Virus record (IMG/VR): IMGVR_UViG_2513237125_000007 | Coordinates: 1-64,000 of that record | Strand: one strand, 5' to 3' | Source of the DNA: an uncultured virus (IMG/VR IMGVR_UViG_2513237125_000007) | Lineage: Duplodnaviria > Heunggongvirae > Uroviricota > Caudoviricetes | Length of the DNA stretch: 64,000 bases | Shown here: piece after piece, positions 8,081-17,917 of the stretch | Position numbering within the stretch: position 1 is the first letter of the stretch | Layout: each line of letters begins with the position of its first letter | Program-made: the position numbers and the translations under genes | The notes under the pieces: generated by a model | Seen by the model: only the letters and a program-made list of their open reading frames with translations | Database searches by the model: none | What the model was told of the DNA's origin: nothing

Positions 8081-10005
8081 GTTGGGCAGTCCAGGTGGAA
8101 TTGCCACGCCGTCCCAGCCAGCGGTGAGTACACCCGAACCTCGGCGATCGTATCGGCGGTGGTCTTTTGGAACGTGGCGGTTTCGTAATGTTTGTTGGCG
8201 AACTGGGCAGCCGGATCGCTTTCGCTCCCCGGCCTCTGGGTGATGGTCTCTGAGGGCAGCCCTCTGCTGCTCAGGTCCGCATCCAGCTGCGCCTGGTAAC
8301 TGGTGTCGCCGTGGTAGCCCGTATCGATGACCTTCTGCCCGCCGATCCACACCTGGAACTTATCGGGGTTGGCAACGGTGGCGTAGGTGAGCGTCACAAG
8401 TCCCGTTTGGCTTCCAAGTTGGACGTGCACGCTATTCGGGAATGCTTGCCCTCCGCTATAGCGCGTGGCAGTGCCGCAAAGCACCTCGGCGGCTGTAACG
8501 ATGATCGTGTCGGTCACCGATGCCCACAGCCCGTTCGCGTCGGTCACGCGGAGCGTAAAGGGGTAGGCGCGCTTGGTTCCGGAAGCCAGTCCCGCCACCT
8601 CCACGGTGCCTGACAACAGGCCTTGAGGATCAAGGCTCAACCCTTCGGGGAGCGCACCGCTCACCACACTGACGGCCACGATGGGCGTTGCGCCAGGTTG
8701 CATGGTGTAGGCGTAGTTGTACGCCTGTTTGTTCAGGGCATCTGGTGCGTCGCCGCTGAGGGCAGGCCCAGCGGGTTGTGGGGGGGTGAGATCGCCCGGC
8801 CCTTTGTAGCCGCCAAGGGCGTCTGTCCCAAACACAAGCTCCACGGCATCCACGGTCAGCCGGTTCTGATGGTCGTGCAGTACGCCGTTCACACGGCGGC
8901 GCTCAATCACCTCTCCGTGCTCCCACGGCATCCCCCAGTCAAGGGTGTAGAGCTTGCCGTTTGCAAAATCACCAGCCACCCACTGTGCGGCCCACCGTAC
9001 ACAGGCGTTCATCCTCCAGCGGCTGATCCCGAAAGACTCGCGGCGGTGCCATTCATGGGTGGACGCATCAAACCCCCAGGTCATCCCATCGGGGAAGGTC
9101 AGGTAGTACACCTGATGCCCGCGATCTTCATAGGTGAAGGCGAACGCTTCTTCGTGGTTGCACGCGGTGATGGCCTGCTCCAGCGGCGGTGTGCTGATCC
9201 GGACCGGTTGATAGCCGTCTAGCCGATACACACGACCGTCATGCCCCAGCCAGAACACGGCACTGCCCATCTGCTGAAGGGTATGCCTGCTGGCGCAGCC
9301 TATTTGCATTTCAGTGCCTGCATGGCGCTGGAAGGTGCCGGTTGTTGCGCCGCTGTTGTAGAAGAATTCCCCTGAGCGTTTACCCAGGACGAAAACAGTG
9401 CGATGGAGCACGGTCAATCCGACAATGCGGTCGGGCTGGCTTTCGGCTTCGTAGCGGTCCAGAGCGCTGTAACGGGTGGCATCGGCCAGGGCAGAATGAA
9501 ACCAGTACCTGCCCGAAGGCTCAACACCCACAATGTAGCTGTCCACGTAATCGCACGCCTTAAGCCCTGGGAACCCTTCACCAGTGATCTGTTCGGCAAG
9601 CCGTTCCGTGCCTGTGTTGTAAACGTAACCGGAGGTGCCGTTAGCGATCACCAGCTGGTTCCCTCCGGCGATCTGGTTGTGCGCCATACTGACGCGCTCC
9701 ACGCCTGGGATGGTGCCGCGAGGGATGGCCACCCCCGCTGTGGTGATCTGCCATAGCTTCGTACCGATCACTGCAAACAGCTTGTCTTCCACATCGTGCA
9801 ATCCGCGCACCGGAGCAGGATTAGCGGCCTCAGGGACGCAGAACACCGCCGCCCCAGGAGCACAGCGCAACATGGAGGATGAACGCCCTCCGCCACGTTC
9901 GGCGGCTTCTGGAATCCAGTTGACCGTATCTTGCACTGTCCAGGCGCGTGTCTCGTCGCTGTAAGCGCCTCCGGTCACAGGGGCTTCACGCCATCGGGCG
10001 CTCAT
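8077..10005 (-). CDS. P22 gp10-like packaged-DNA stabilisation (tail hub) protein with Ig-like (He_PIG-type) extension
   Basis: gp10-like motifs (AESQPDRIVG, GC..R, FWLG, GHQVYYLTFP); Ig motif SGALPEGLSLDPQGLLSGT..YPFTLRVTD. Confidence 0.8.
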   Translation of the reverse strand: MSARWREAPVTGGAYSDETRAWTVQDTVNWIPEAAERGGGRSSSMLRCAPGAAVFCVPEAANPAPVRGLHDVEDKLFAVIGTKLWQITTAGVAIPRGTIPGVERVSMAHNQIAGGNQLVIANGTSGYVYNTGTERLAEQITGEGFPGLKACDYVDSYIVGVEPSGRYWFHSALADATRYSALDRYEAESQPDRIVGLTVLHRTVFVLGKRSGEFFYNSGATTGTFQRHAGTEMQIGCASRHTLQQMGSAVFWLGHDGRVYRLDGYQPVRISTPPLEQAITACNHEEAFAFTYEDRGHQVYYLTFPDGMTWGFDASTHEWHRRESFGISRWRMNACVRWAAQWVAGDFANGKLYTLDWGMPWEHGEVIERRRVNGVLHDHQNRLTVDAVELVFGTDALGGYKGPGDLTPPQPAGPALSGDAPDALNKQAYNYAYTMQPGATPIVAVSVVSGALPEGLSLDPQGLLSGTVEVAGLASGTKRAYPFTLRVTDANGLWASVTDTIIVTAAEVLCGTATRYSGGQAFPNSVHVQLGSQTGLVTLTYATVANPDKFQVWIGGQKVIDTGYHGDTSYQAQLDADLSSRGLPSETITQRPGSESDPAAQFANKHYETATFQKTTADTIAEVRVYSPLAGTAWQFHLDCPT

Positions 10006-10409
10006 CCGTCGTACCCGTCACGACCAGAGCGCCGTTGGCTTTCGGCAGCGGGCAGGTCGTACTGCATACGAACGCCGCTGGCGTGCACCGTATCACTGAT
10101 CAGCATCGCCCTGCCCCGTTCGGCGGCGCTAACCACATCCTGCTCCAACACAACACCGTAACTGGCTCGCAGACACACTGCCAGGCTGTACCCAATGGCC
10201 TCCTGCGCTTCGGCGGGCGCTGGCAGCAGGTCATCGGGGCTGGCAACCTCCGACCAACCTAGCGCAATCCCGTTCGCCTCCCACCGGCGCATCATCAGGT
10301 TGAGTGCACGCATCGCCTTAACCGCATCTTCTGCTTCTACTGCTTCGTTGGCATCCAGTACACGCAAATGTCCGAGCGCATCACGGATGATCTCTGCCAC
10401 CTTGGTCAT
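10002..10409 (-). CDS. P22 gp4-like head-tail adaptor
   Basis: IIRDAL..DAVKAMRALNLMMRRWEANGI motif; located between coat and gp10. Confidence 0.75.
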   Translation of the reverse strand: MTKVAEIIRDALGHLRVLDANEAVEAEDAVKAMRALNLMMRRWEANGIALGWSEVASPDDLLPAPAEAQEAIGYSLAVCLRASYGVVLEQDVVSAAERGRAMLISDTVHASGVRMQYDLPAAESQRRSGRDGYDG

Positions 10410-10429
10410 GGGCGCTCCTGTCAGAGGGG

Positions 10430-11656
10430 TTACTGCGTCACGCGGCACGCATGATCAGGACGGACAGGGGCAGGCGTGCCAAACAACACATCCACGCGGG
10501 TATGTTCCATATCGTTTTTGCCATCGCCGAAGGTCATCACGCGCACGCTGATGTTTTTTATGGTGGCCGTATAACCTTCACACGAGGCCAGCACTGGAAG
10601 GGGGGCGAACGCGGTGGCGAATGCATCCCGGTGGAAGACAAGGTTCTGAACGGCTGCCTTCCCCGCTTCGCCGAAAACCCTGACGACCGCGAGATCGTCT
10701 GGGGATTTGGTTACGGTACCAATCTGCCCAGGGGTTGTTGGGATGATTGCCGGGTAAATGGACAACGTTCCGTTGCCTGCTACGTAGTCAGCAGTGACTA
10801 TAAACTGCCTCAACTTATCCACGGGAGCGCCGGTGATGGGGTGCACCTCAAAGACGTTATCAAAGGTGATGATGCTCCCTTTAGTGATCTCGCTTTTCCC
10901 TGATTTTGGGTCAACGGTAATCGTCGAGCCGGTCTGGCCTGCGCCTTTGATCTGATAGCCTGCGCCATAGCCGTTGGTGTGCCTGGGCAGTGATAGTTGT
11001 TTGTAAAACTCAAGGCCTGCAAACACGCCGACCGCGTTTTTACTGAACTCACCGCGCAGTTCGTCGGAGGTATGGAACAGCGCCGCATTCACCTCGGCCA
11101 AGGCGTCATTTGAATCGGTGGAGAAGTGCGCGCAGCGGTCCTCTTCAGGAGCTAGATGGCGATCCAGGACCGAGGCCGCCGACCGCCACGGGCCACGCGA
11201 ACTTGGGACGCGCCCCCACGTGCCCACCACGTTTGGCGTTTGCTGGTACATCGACGCCAGCAGGATTGCATTCACTTGGCTGGAGAGCGAGTTCATCGCC
11301 GGACGTAAAAAACGCTTGCTGAAGTCCGTCAGGTCCAGCTTCTTTTCTTTCGCCGTAAACGTCAGCGGGACATGGTATTGCTGATCCAGTTGCAAGGTAA
11401 CGTAACTCTCGCTGATGGGCGGTGCCGATAACGGAGCGGATGTCGCGCCAGAAGCGGCAAAGACGGAGCCGCTATAGGTCACCGGAACCGGCGGGATCAT
11501 GATTTTTACGGTGTCCCCTTTTTTATAACCGTTGATCTCTTCCCCAAATTCCTTGGAGCGTTCGGTATTGATGTTGGTAACAACGTTGTTCTGCTCAACA
11601 AGCATCTTGGCCGCTTCACGGGCGATCATCTGATGGGTGAGTGCCTGAGTACCCAT
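10430..11656 (-). CDS. Major capsid protein (P22 gp5-like)
   Basis: K-G-D-T-V N-terminal motif, NLVFHRDAF, RVDVLFG; follows scaffold and portal. Confidence 0.85.
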   Translation of the reverse strand: MGTQALTHQMIAREAAKMLVEQNNVVTNINTERSKEFGEEINGYKKGDTVKIMIPPVPVTYSGSVFAASGATSAPLSAPPISESYVTLQLDQQYHVPLTFTAKEKKLDLTDFSKRFLRPAMNSLSSQVNAILLASMYQQTPNVVGTWGRVPSSRGPWRSAASVLDRHLAPEEDRCAHFSTDSNDALAEVNAALFHTSDELRGEFSKNAVGVFAGLEFYKQLSLPRHTNGYGAGYQIKGAGQTGSTITVDPKSGKSEITKGSIITFDNVFEVHPITGAPVDKLRQFIVTADYVAGNGTLSIYPAIIPTTPGQIGTVTKSPDDLAVVRVFGEAGKAAVQNLVFHRDAFATAFAPLPVLASCEGYTATIKNISVRVMTFGDGKNDMEHTRVDVLFGTPAPVRPDHACRVTQ

Positions 11657-11704
11657 AGGGTGTGCTCCTACAATGGAAAGTGTGGGGTTGGTGTGTCGTT
11701 GCGT

Positions 11705-12559
11705 TTAGCGCTTGCGCCGCTTGTCGACATCGCGGCGGTACCAGTCGTCATCGGTCAGCTTCTCGGACGGAATCTCCGTGGGAGAGCGGCCTGATACTGA
11801 CGGGGGCGGGGGTGGAGCGTTGCTGATCGGTTTGCCTGGTGAGGGGCCTGAAGTGAGGGGGGGGTGTGTCTGGGGGGCGGCCATGCGCGCCGCCAGCCGT
11901 TCCACCGCAGCAGGCAGTAAGTCTTCACGTACCGAAGCCAGGGACCATAACGCATCGTCCTGAGTGGCCAGGTGGTAGGCGATCTCAGGGCCTTTCTCGT
12001 GCTGGATCACCGCAGCCTGCACGGCAGGGCTTAGCAGGGAAAGGTCCATTGAGCCGACCGTCTCGTAAAAATCAGGGTGCGCATTCACAAACTCTGCGGC
12101 ACGTGCTTCATAACGCGTCTGGGCACTGTGCTGCTGGCGGACGGTTTCGGCCTGCTGTTGTTCCTGCTGCCACTGCTGGAACAGATGGCTAAAACGCGCG
12201 TCCACCCATTCGTTCCAGTTATAGGCGTAATCTTCAAGTCCAGGTGCGCCTTCCTGCCCTGTCTGCGGCGTGTGGCTGGAACGCGTAGAGCCGCTTTGCT
12301 GCTGCCGCTCCAGCGCCTCAAGCCGACGGCGTAGCTCGCTGTTTTCACCGTTGATCCGCTGAATGTATTCGCGGGTACGGTTGCCCTGTTTCTTTTTCTC
12401 TTCGGCCTGCTTGTCCGCTTCGCCCGTGTCGCTGGGCGGTTCACCGGTGGGGTCCGGTGTGGGGTGTTGCTGCTGTTCTTGCAGCGCCGCTTGCGCGTCG
12501 TTTGTGGGCGGTGTTACCGCCTCAAGACTCACGGTAGCGGTGTTGGTATCGTCGCTCAT
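11705..12559 (-). CDS. Scaffolding protein
   Basis: Coiled-coil and Pro-rich; GPEIAYHLA motif; between portal and coat. Confidence 0.75.
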   Translation of the reverse strand: MSDDTNTATVSLEAVTPPTNDAQAALQEQQQHPTPDPTGEPPSDTGEADKQAEEKKKQGNRTREYIQRINGENSELRRRLEALERQQQSGSTRSSHTPQTGQEGAPGLEDYAYNWNEWVDARFSHLFQQWQQEQQQAETVRQQHSAQTRYEARAAEFVNAHPDFYETVGSMDLSLLSPAVQAAVIQHEKGPEIAYHLATQDDALWSLASVREDLLPAAVERLAARMAAPQTHPPLTSGPSPGKPISNAPPPPPSVSGRSPTEIPSEKLTDDDWYRRDVDKRRKR

Positions 12560-12560
12560 C

Positions 12561-14642
12561 TCATCCTCTCGGGGTTGGCCTGACCGGACCAATACGGACG
12601 CGGCTGTGATCAGCCGGTATCACGCCGTGAGGCGCAGGGCCTTCAGGCATAAAAAAACCGCCTTGCGGCGGTGTGTTGTTTGGGGCCTTAGGAAGCCACC
12701 CAGGATCAACGGCAGGCGCGTTTAAGGCATGCGCAGCCGCCAATGTCTCAATATGCTGTTGTGCGGTGTCGGCCCGTTGATGTTGCGCCCGGGCATCGGA
12801 CAATTCCGCATCCGCCGATAGTTTCTTCACACGGGCTATCTGCATGGGATCGGGCGCAGGCGGCTCCGGAGGTGGCTCGCCGTCTTTCGGAGGGAGCAAG
12901 CCTTGCGCGACAAGTAGCTTATGGAAAGCAGCTACGACTTCCTCCCCGCCGACCAGGTCCATATTCCGCATTCCAGCGTAGGCGGCTACGGTGGCAATTT
13001 GAGGCGCAACGCCGCCCATCTGGGCCGCTAATTGCATCATGGCATCAGCAGCTTCCATGCGTTGCGTGGCGTAGCTTGGGCCCACCGTGACCACCACATC
13101 ATATTTGCCCTGACGGATATCATTCAGGGTGACCGTGTGGCCGGTCGTCGGGTCGGTCACCTGTTGGTACAACTGTTTCCACTTCTCGCCGCCATCTTCG
13201 CCCAGGACACGCACCGCACGCGGCGTATCGTAGACACGAGGAATCATGTCTACGAGGATTTCATAGGTGTAACGCACCGCGTAAGCCAGATTATCAATGT
13301 AGTTAAACGTGGCCACCGCGCCCTGCATTTTGCGGCTGTTGATCGCAATCCCGCTAGTTTCATTACTGCGGGCACCTAGGCTCGCATCGTAAATCCCCGT
13401 GGCGGCTTTCACATCGTCGTTATCCATGCCCGCCAGTTGAATTAAAGCGGTGGGGACCTGGGCCTGTTCGACACGCACAGGCGTGCGACCTTGGCAGTCA
13501 ATGATATTCGCCAACAGATAGGGGAAGTCCTCAGAATGTGAGTCGTTCCACATCTGCACATGCCCCTCTATCATTTTGGGGTCAAGGAGGAAAGGCGCTT
13601 TAGGGGATTTAGCGACCGCTTCAACAAGCGCTGTTCGATGCACGTTATGTAGGCGTTGCTGGTCCTTCCCAAAACGCACCATGCCCGACCAGTAATCACT
13701 GCCATCGATATTCTCGATATTCCCCCATACCGGAACGATGGGGATGAATTGGCAAGGGAATTCGTAAGGCTCCGTCAGCCAGGTGTGCCCATTGGTCAGC
13801 CGCATCAGCACGCGGTGGCCCTCAATGGTGCGTGTACGTACGATCTGCACACCCGCCGACTCTAAAAACGTTTTTGCTTCCTCCACACTCAATCCGGCCT
13901 GCGCGGCGATCTCGTCGGCAAACACCACGCGGCCATCCGACAGGGCCAGCAATTCCCGTTTTCTGGGGTCTTTCCACCAGTATTCGGCAATGCGCACCTG
14001 CCCAGCATCACGCCACGCACCGCACTGTGTATCTGCGTCGAAGTCGGACACATCGGCGTCCGGAAAGCGGCGCTCAAAATCGGTTCTCGGAATCAACTCC
14101 TCAACAAACGCAAAGTTTGCATCGCGCCGGTCAATCTCAACGGCGGCAGGGTCGAATTTCACCGCAAACGGGTTACGTACCGCCTTGATGCGAATATCCT
14201 GCTCAAAATCATCCTCATTGAGATAATCCGTCGTCACGCGCAGCACGCCAAAACCACCCTTGACCGCTTTCTCGTACGCAATGTCGTAGGCGTGATCGGC
14301 ATTGGATACGCTTTCAATATTGCGACAAATCCCCTGCATGATGTCAGCCAGCCCACGGTCCGCTTCTTCCACGCCGCGCACTTTGCAAGAGGGGCGTTGC
14401 TGGCGCATCTCGTTGATCACCTGCTGGGTATGCATGCGCAGCTTGGGAAATTCATATGTCTGACGGTGTCTGCGGCGTTTCTTCAGCGACTCATCCCACT
14501 GGTTCCCAGGGACGGTGACAAACTTAATATCATCTCGCGCCTGGTCGTAAAGATCGCGGCAACAATCACTGGCGAGCTGGTAGCGCGAGCGCATCTGGGC
14601 CAGTGCATCCGTGGTGTTTTTCTGTGTGCGGGGCATCTTCAA
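12561..14642 (-). CDS. Portal protein (P22-like)
   Basis: 693 aa; GNQW, IPIVPVWG, KDQQRLHN, ETSGIAI, GKYDVVVTVGPSYATQR motifs. Confidence 0.9.
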   Translation of the reverse strand: MKMPRTQKNTTDALAQMRSRYQLASDCCRDLYDQARDDIKFVTVPGNQWDESLKKRRRHRQTYEFPKLRMHTQQVINEMRQQRPSCKVRGVEEADRGLADIMQGICRNIESVSNADHAYDIAYEKAVKGGFGVLRVTTDYLNEDDFEQDIRIKAVRNPFAVKFDPAAVEIDRRDANFAFVEELIPRTDFERRFPDADVSDFDADTQCGAWRDAGQVRIAEYWWKDPRKRELLALSDGRVVFADEIAAQAGLSVEEAKTFLESAGVQIVRTRTIEGHRVLMRLTNGHTWLTEPYEFPCQFIPIVPVWGNIENIDGSDYWSGMVRFGKDQQRLHNVHRTALVEAVAKSPKAPFLLDPKMIEGHVQMWNDSHSEDFPYLLANIIDCQGRTPVRVEQAQVPTALIQLAGMDNDDVKAATGIYDASLGARSNETSGIAINSRKMQGAVATFNYIDNLAYAVRYTYEILVDMIPRVYDTPRAVRVLGEDGGEKWKQLYQQVTDPTTGHTVTLNDIRQGKYDVVVTVGPSYATQRMEAADAMMQLAAQMGGVAPQIATVAAYAGMRNMDLVGGEEVVAAFHKLLVAQGLLPPKDGEPPPEPPAPDPMQIARVKKLSADAELSDARAQHQRADTAQQHIETLAAAHALNAPAVDPGWLPKAPNNTPPQGGFFMPEGPAPHGVIPADHSRVRIGPVRPTPRG
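12651..12672 (-). terminator. Terminator-like hairpin inside the 3' end of the portal gene
   Basis: ACCGCCGCAAGGCGGT followed by a T-tract on the minus strand. Confidence 0.5.
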
Positions 14643-16054
14643 TAATCCACCGAGTAATCGTAAACATTAAATGTGGTGGCGTGCGGTGCCTTCGCGTACC
14701 GCCGCATCATCATCGCGTACCGCGTCGCGCTGAGCAGGTCGTCATGCTGTTTGACGATCCGCCCGTCTTCACGGTGGTAGAGCCTGAATTCTTCAAACCA
14801 TTCCGTCAGGTGGCTAAACACCTTCAAACGTCCGGTGTGCATCCGGTCGAGCATCTCAGTGACGCCTGCTTCCAGGCCATTGGTGCCGTCTGTGAATGTC
14901 GCCCGTTCCCCCAGCATGGAAAGCCCTTGCTGCCGGTATTGTTCGGCCAACTGTTCACCGCTGCCCTTGTCGTGTTGCAATCCGTCGTGCGGCCATGCCC
15001 ACGGCAAGCGTGCACCCCAGGGCCTCAATGCCGCCGTGTGAATGACAGGGGTTGCTTCACGCTGGCGGTATGCGCACATCACGTAAAGCACATCGGCTTC
15101 ACGATCCCAGGCCATTTTGACCGCAGCGAACGGGTGGTCATATCCAAAGTCCATCCCGCCAATCAACGCCCATTCTTCAGGAATCGCGAACGGCGCGATG
15201 GCAATCGAGTCCTCCGCGATCGGAAACACGCGGCCACTGCCCAATGAAGGAGTGCCCTTGGTGCGTGCCTCGCGCTCGTGGGCGGGGTAGCTGGCAATGA
15301 TGCGCGCCCGATCCTCAGGGCTGTAATGTTCGGCGTCGTCAATGGTCATCTGCACCAGCCCTCTGTCAGGGGCTTCTTCCAGCAGAAATCGCCGTACCAC
15401 GCTGGACATGCCCTTCAGCGGTGTAAACGTCATAAACACTGGGCCAAAGGTCCGATTGGTCCGAGTGATCCCCTCGAAATACACATCTTCGGGTGGCTCC
15501 TCGTCAAACCACACCCAATCGACCGTATCGGCTTGCCATTTCTCACGGCCCTGATCAAAGGATTTGAGCGAGATCGAACTACGCTCCCCGCACGCATGCC
15601 GCACATACACCGTATCGACCAGTTCAGGCACGCCACGCGCCCAGGTCACGCCCTCAATGCATTCTCCAGGAATCGCGCCTGTCCCCATCTCCGTTTTAGG
15701 ATCGCGCCCTAGCAAAATGCGCTGTACGCCGCGCCGCGTCAGTTCCCCCGTTTCAGAACCCGCCAGGCCGTGATTGGACCTTTCAAAACGTTTGCCCTCC
15801 CACCAGTGCGGATAGCGGCCTGTGAGATGCATCGCCACCTCATGCCCAGCGCACAGTGTCTTTCCTGACTGGTTTGCCGCCGCCAGCAACCGTTCACGCG
15901 TGCCCGCACCCATCGCATGAAAAGCGCGTTGCTTTGGGTATGGGCTGTAGTCGGCCAGACGGTTAGTGCGGCGTCGCCGCGCTTTCTCCTCTAACAACAA
16001 GGCTAATACCTGCTTGGGTGGCATATGCTGCAATGGCGGCATCCAATTCATCAT
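14639..16054 (-). CDS. terL: Terminase large subunit (P22-like)
   Basis: Walker A AANQSGKT, Walker B WFDEEP, nuclease GMDFGYDHP and DDLLSATRY. Confidence 0.92.
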   Translation of the reverse strand: MMNWMPPLQHMPPKQVLALLLEEKARRRRTNRLADYSPYPKQRAFHAMGAGTRERLLAAANQSGKTLCAGHEVAMHLTGRYPHWWEGKRFERSNHGLAGSETGELTRRGVQRILLGRDPKTEMGTGAIPGECIEGVTWARGVPELVDTVYVRHACGERSSISLKSFDQGREKWQADTVDWVWFDEEPPEDVYFEGITRTNRTFGPVFMTFTPLKGMSSVVRRFLLEEAPDRGLVQMTIDDAEHYSPEDRARIIASYPAHEREARTKGTPSLGSGRVFPIAEDSIAIAPFAIPEEWALIGGMDFGYDHPFAAVKMAWDREADVLYVMCAYRQREATPVIHTAALRPWGARLPWAWPHDGLQHDKGSGEQLAEQYRQQGLSMLGERATFTDGTNGLEAGVTEMLDRMHTGRLKVFSHLTEWFEEFRLYHREDGRIVKQHDDLLSATRYAMMMRRYAKAPHATTFNVYDYSVDY

Positions 16055-16289
16055 CGCCCGCCTCTTTCAACTCCAGTTCACCACAGACACGGGCTTCCGT
16101 GGGGATCATCCGCGCCGCTAGTTTGTAGAAATCTGTTTTGTTCTCCTGCGCCCAGGCGACCAAGGCAGGCACACCGCCGAGCTGGTCAAACGCTTCCAGA
16201 AAGGCTTGTTTGATCGCCGCCGTATTCCTGTTCTTGCTGCCCATCGCGCGGCCCTTGGGGTTGCCAGATTGGCCTTTCGCCCACGCCAT
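15963..16289 (-). CDS. terS: Putative terminase small subunit
   Basis: WAKGQSGNPKGR N-terminal motif; directly upstream of terL. Confidence 0.65.
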   Translation of the reverse strand: MAWAKGQSGNPKGRAMGSKNRNTAAIKQAFLEAFDQLGGVPALVAWAQENKTDFYKLAARMIPTEARVCGELELKEAGDDELDAAIAAYATQAGISLVVRGESAATPH

Positions 16290-16603
16290 TACTGCACCCT
16301 CACCAAAATACGATGAACACGGCAAACGCCATCACTGAGCGTTGTACGTGCAGAAACCACACCCTCACCGCAACGCTGGCCGGTGATCCAAATATCGAAA
16401 CGGCGCGCACCTACATCCCCCGCAACGGCATCGGCGGCACACTGGCGGCTGGTGTCCAACGTCATTGAGGTAATAGAAACACTTTTCGGCATCGCACCCT
16501 CCATCTCTAACGTGCATTTCATCCGTTCACCCTCCGCCATGCGCAACACATGCGTGCGCGCCGTGTCGTAAGCGCTTGCGTAGAACACCCCGTTGCGACT
16601 CAT
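16289..16603 (-). CDS. Hypothetical phage protein
   Basis: Translationally coupled ORF between the lysis and terminase genes. Confidence 0.55.
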   Translation of the reverse strand: MSRNGVFYASAYDTARTHVLRMAEGERMKCTLEMEGAMPKSVSITSMTLDTSRQCAADAVAGDVGARRFDIWITGQRCGEGVVSARTTLSDGVCRVHRILVRVQ

Positions 16604-16941
16604 CGCACACCGCAGCGCAACATACGGTCGCGCAACGTGATCCGATTCAAATCCGTATGCAGCCCCGCAATCGCCTGCCTGTCGATCTCACGTAACGCAC
16701 GCAGCCGCGCAATCGCCGCATCTTGATCGCGATTCATCGCAACCTGCGCATCCAACGTGCTTTCCACCGTCGCTAACTGGCCTTCCAGCTGCGCCGCCCG
16801 CTGCGCTAATTGACTGCGCTCGGACCACGCCAGCACCGCATGTGCCACCAGCGCCACCAACGCACCAATCATCATGTACTCAATCAGCAGCCGCACACTG
16901 GGCAAACGTCGCCCCACACGGCGCAGTGTATTAACGATCAT
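16600..16941 (-). pseudogene. C-terminally truncated i-spanin (Rz-like)
   Basis: Nearly identical to 56681..57142 up to NRITLRDR, then diverges and stops after 7 aa; no o-spanin follows. Confidence 0.65.
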
Positions 16942-17260
16942 CCGAACTCCTTCGCCCCGTGCCAAGCTTGGGCACAATCACGTTCTGAATCAGTTCTAAG
17001 GTCTGCGGTGTATCGATTAAACCGGAGGCAATCACCGCCGCCACCGTGAACGCTTGGCTCATCTCCAACCATTCACACACACACATCACAAATAAGCCGA
17101 CAAACCCCGCAATCCCCGCCTCAATCAACACGCGGGAGACGGCCAGCCTCTGCTTAGCGTCCAGTGCACGCATGACGTAACTCAGCGTCCCCGTGGCCAT
17201 CGCCAGGCACACATAAAACGCCTCCTTCCACCAGGCAGGCAGCAGCGAGGGATCAATCAC
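16931..17260 (-). CDS. Holin
   Basis: 109 aa with about three hydrophobic segments; between lysozyme and spanin. Confidence 0.75.
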   Translation of the reverse strand: MIDPSLLPAWWKEAFYVCLAMATGTLSYVMRALDAKQRLAVSRVLIEAGIAGFVGLFVMCVCEWLEMSQAFTVAAVIASGLIDTPQTLELIQNVIVPKLGTGRRSSDDR

Positions 17261-17753
17261 GGCGGCCCTTGCTCTTCAAAGCGGCACGCTGTTTCTCCGC
17301 TTCGGCACGCCAGTCACCATCTTCAAATAACACACGTTCGGCGGCACGCCTGACAATTAAACCCGACTGCACACGACCACCCGCCCATTTCCACACATGA
17401 AATTGCTCCAACGCGCCAGCCACATCACCGGCATTGAGCCGCTTTAGCAAGGTCGAGCGATGAAACGCCCCCGCACCAATGTTGAAGCTCAGCGATACCA
17501 ACGCATCAAACTGCTGTTGCTTGAGTGGCACACGCACATAACGCCGCACCGCTGGCTCAAATTCTTTCGCTAAGCGTGCACGTAACATCGCATCGGCTTC
17601 CTGCTCATTGGCAAGAGACATATCAGGCGTCACATGCTTGCCCGTCTCGCCGTAGCCAATCGTCAACACCCCCCCAGGACAGGTGTACGTGCTCAGCTTG
17701 CAACCCTCAAAAAACTTGATCAGTGCAATGCCTTCTTCACCAATGGTCTGCAT
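17253..17753 (-). CDS. Endolysin, GH24 lysozyme
   Basis: [34 protein letters not shown] motifs. Confidence 0.92.
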   Translation of the reverse strand: MQTIGEEGIALIKFFEGCKLSTYTCPGGVLTIGYGETGKHVTPDMSLANEQEADAMLRARLAKEFEPAVRRYVRVPLKQQQFDALVSLSFNIGAGAFHRSTLLKRLNAGDVAGALEQFHVWKWAGGRVQSGLIVRRAAERVLFEDGDWRAEAEKQRAALKSKGRRD

Positions 17754-17772
17754 GGGGGGGACTCCAGAACGC

Positions 17773-17835
17773 AAAAAACCGCCCGAAGGCGGTCGCTGGC
17801 TTTGAATAAAAAAGCCCTGCTGAGATGGGCAGGGC
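17773..17835 (-). terminator. Two tandem intrinsic terminators (17808-17835, 17773-17793), tR'-like
   Basis: GCCCTGC..GCAGGGC-T6 and ACCGCCTTCGGGCGGT plus T-tract, between Q and the lysis genes. Confidence 0.75.
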
Positions 17836-17879
17836 GCGAGTAAATCATTCGATGAGGGCATCGCACCACTCAGGCGCGT

Positions 17880-17917
17880 ACAGTAGGGGGGAAAGTGCGG
17901 AGGTATCAACTCCGCAC
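17880..17917 (-). promoter_or_regulatory. Late promoter, pR'-like (TTGATA-18-TACTGT)
   Basis: Immediately after the Q stop and upstream of the tandem terminators; the -35 box is bracketed by the inverted repeat GTGCGGAG/CTCCGCAC. Confidence 0.55.
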
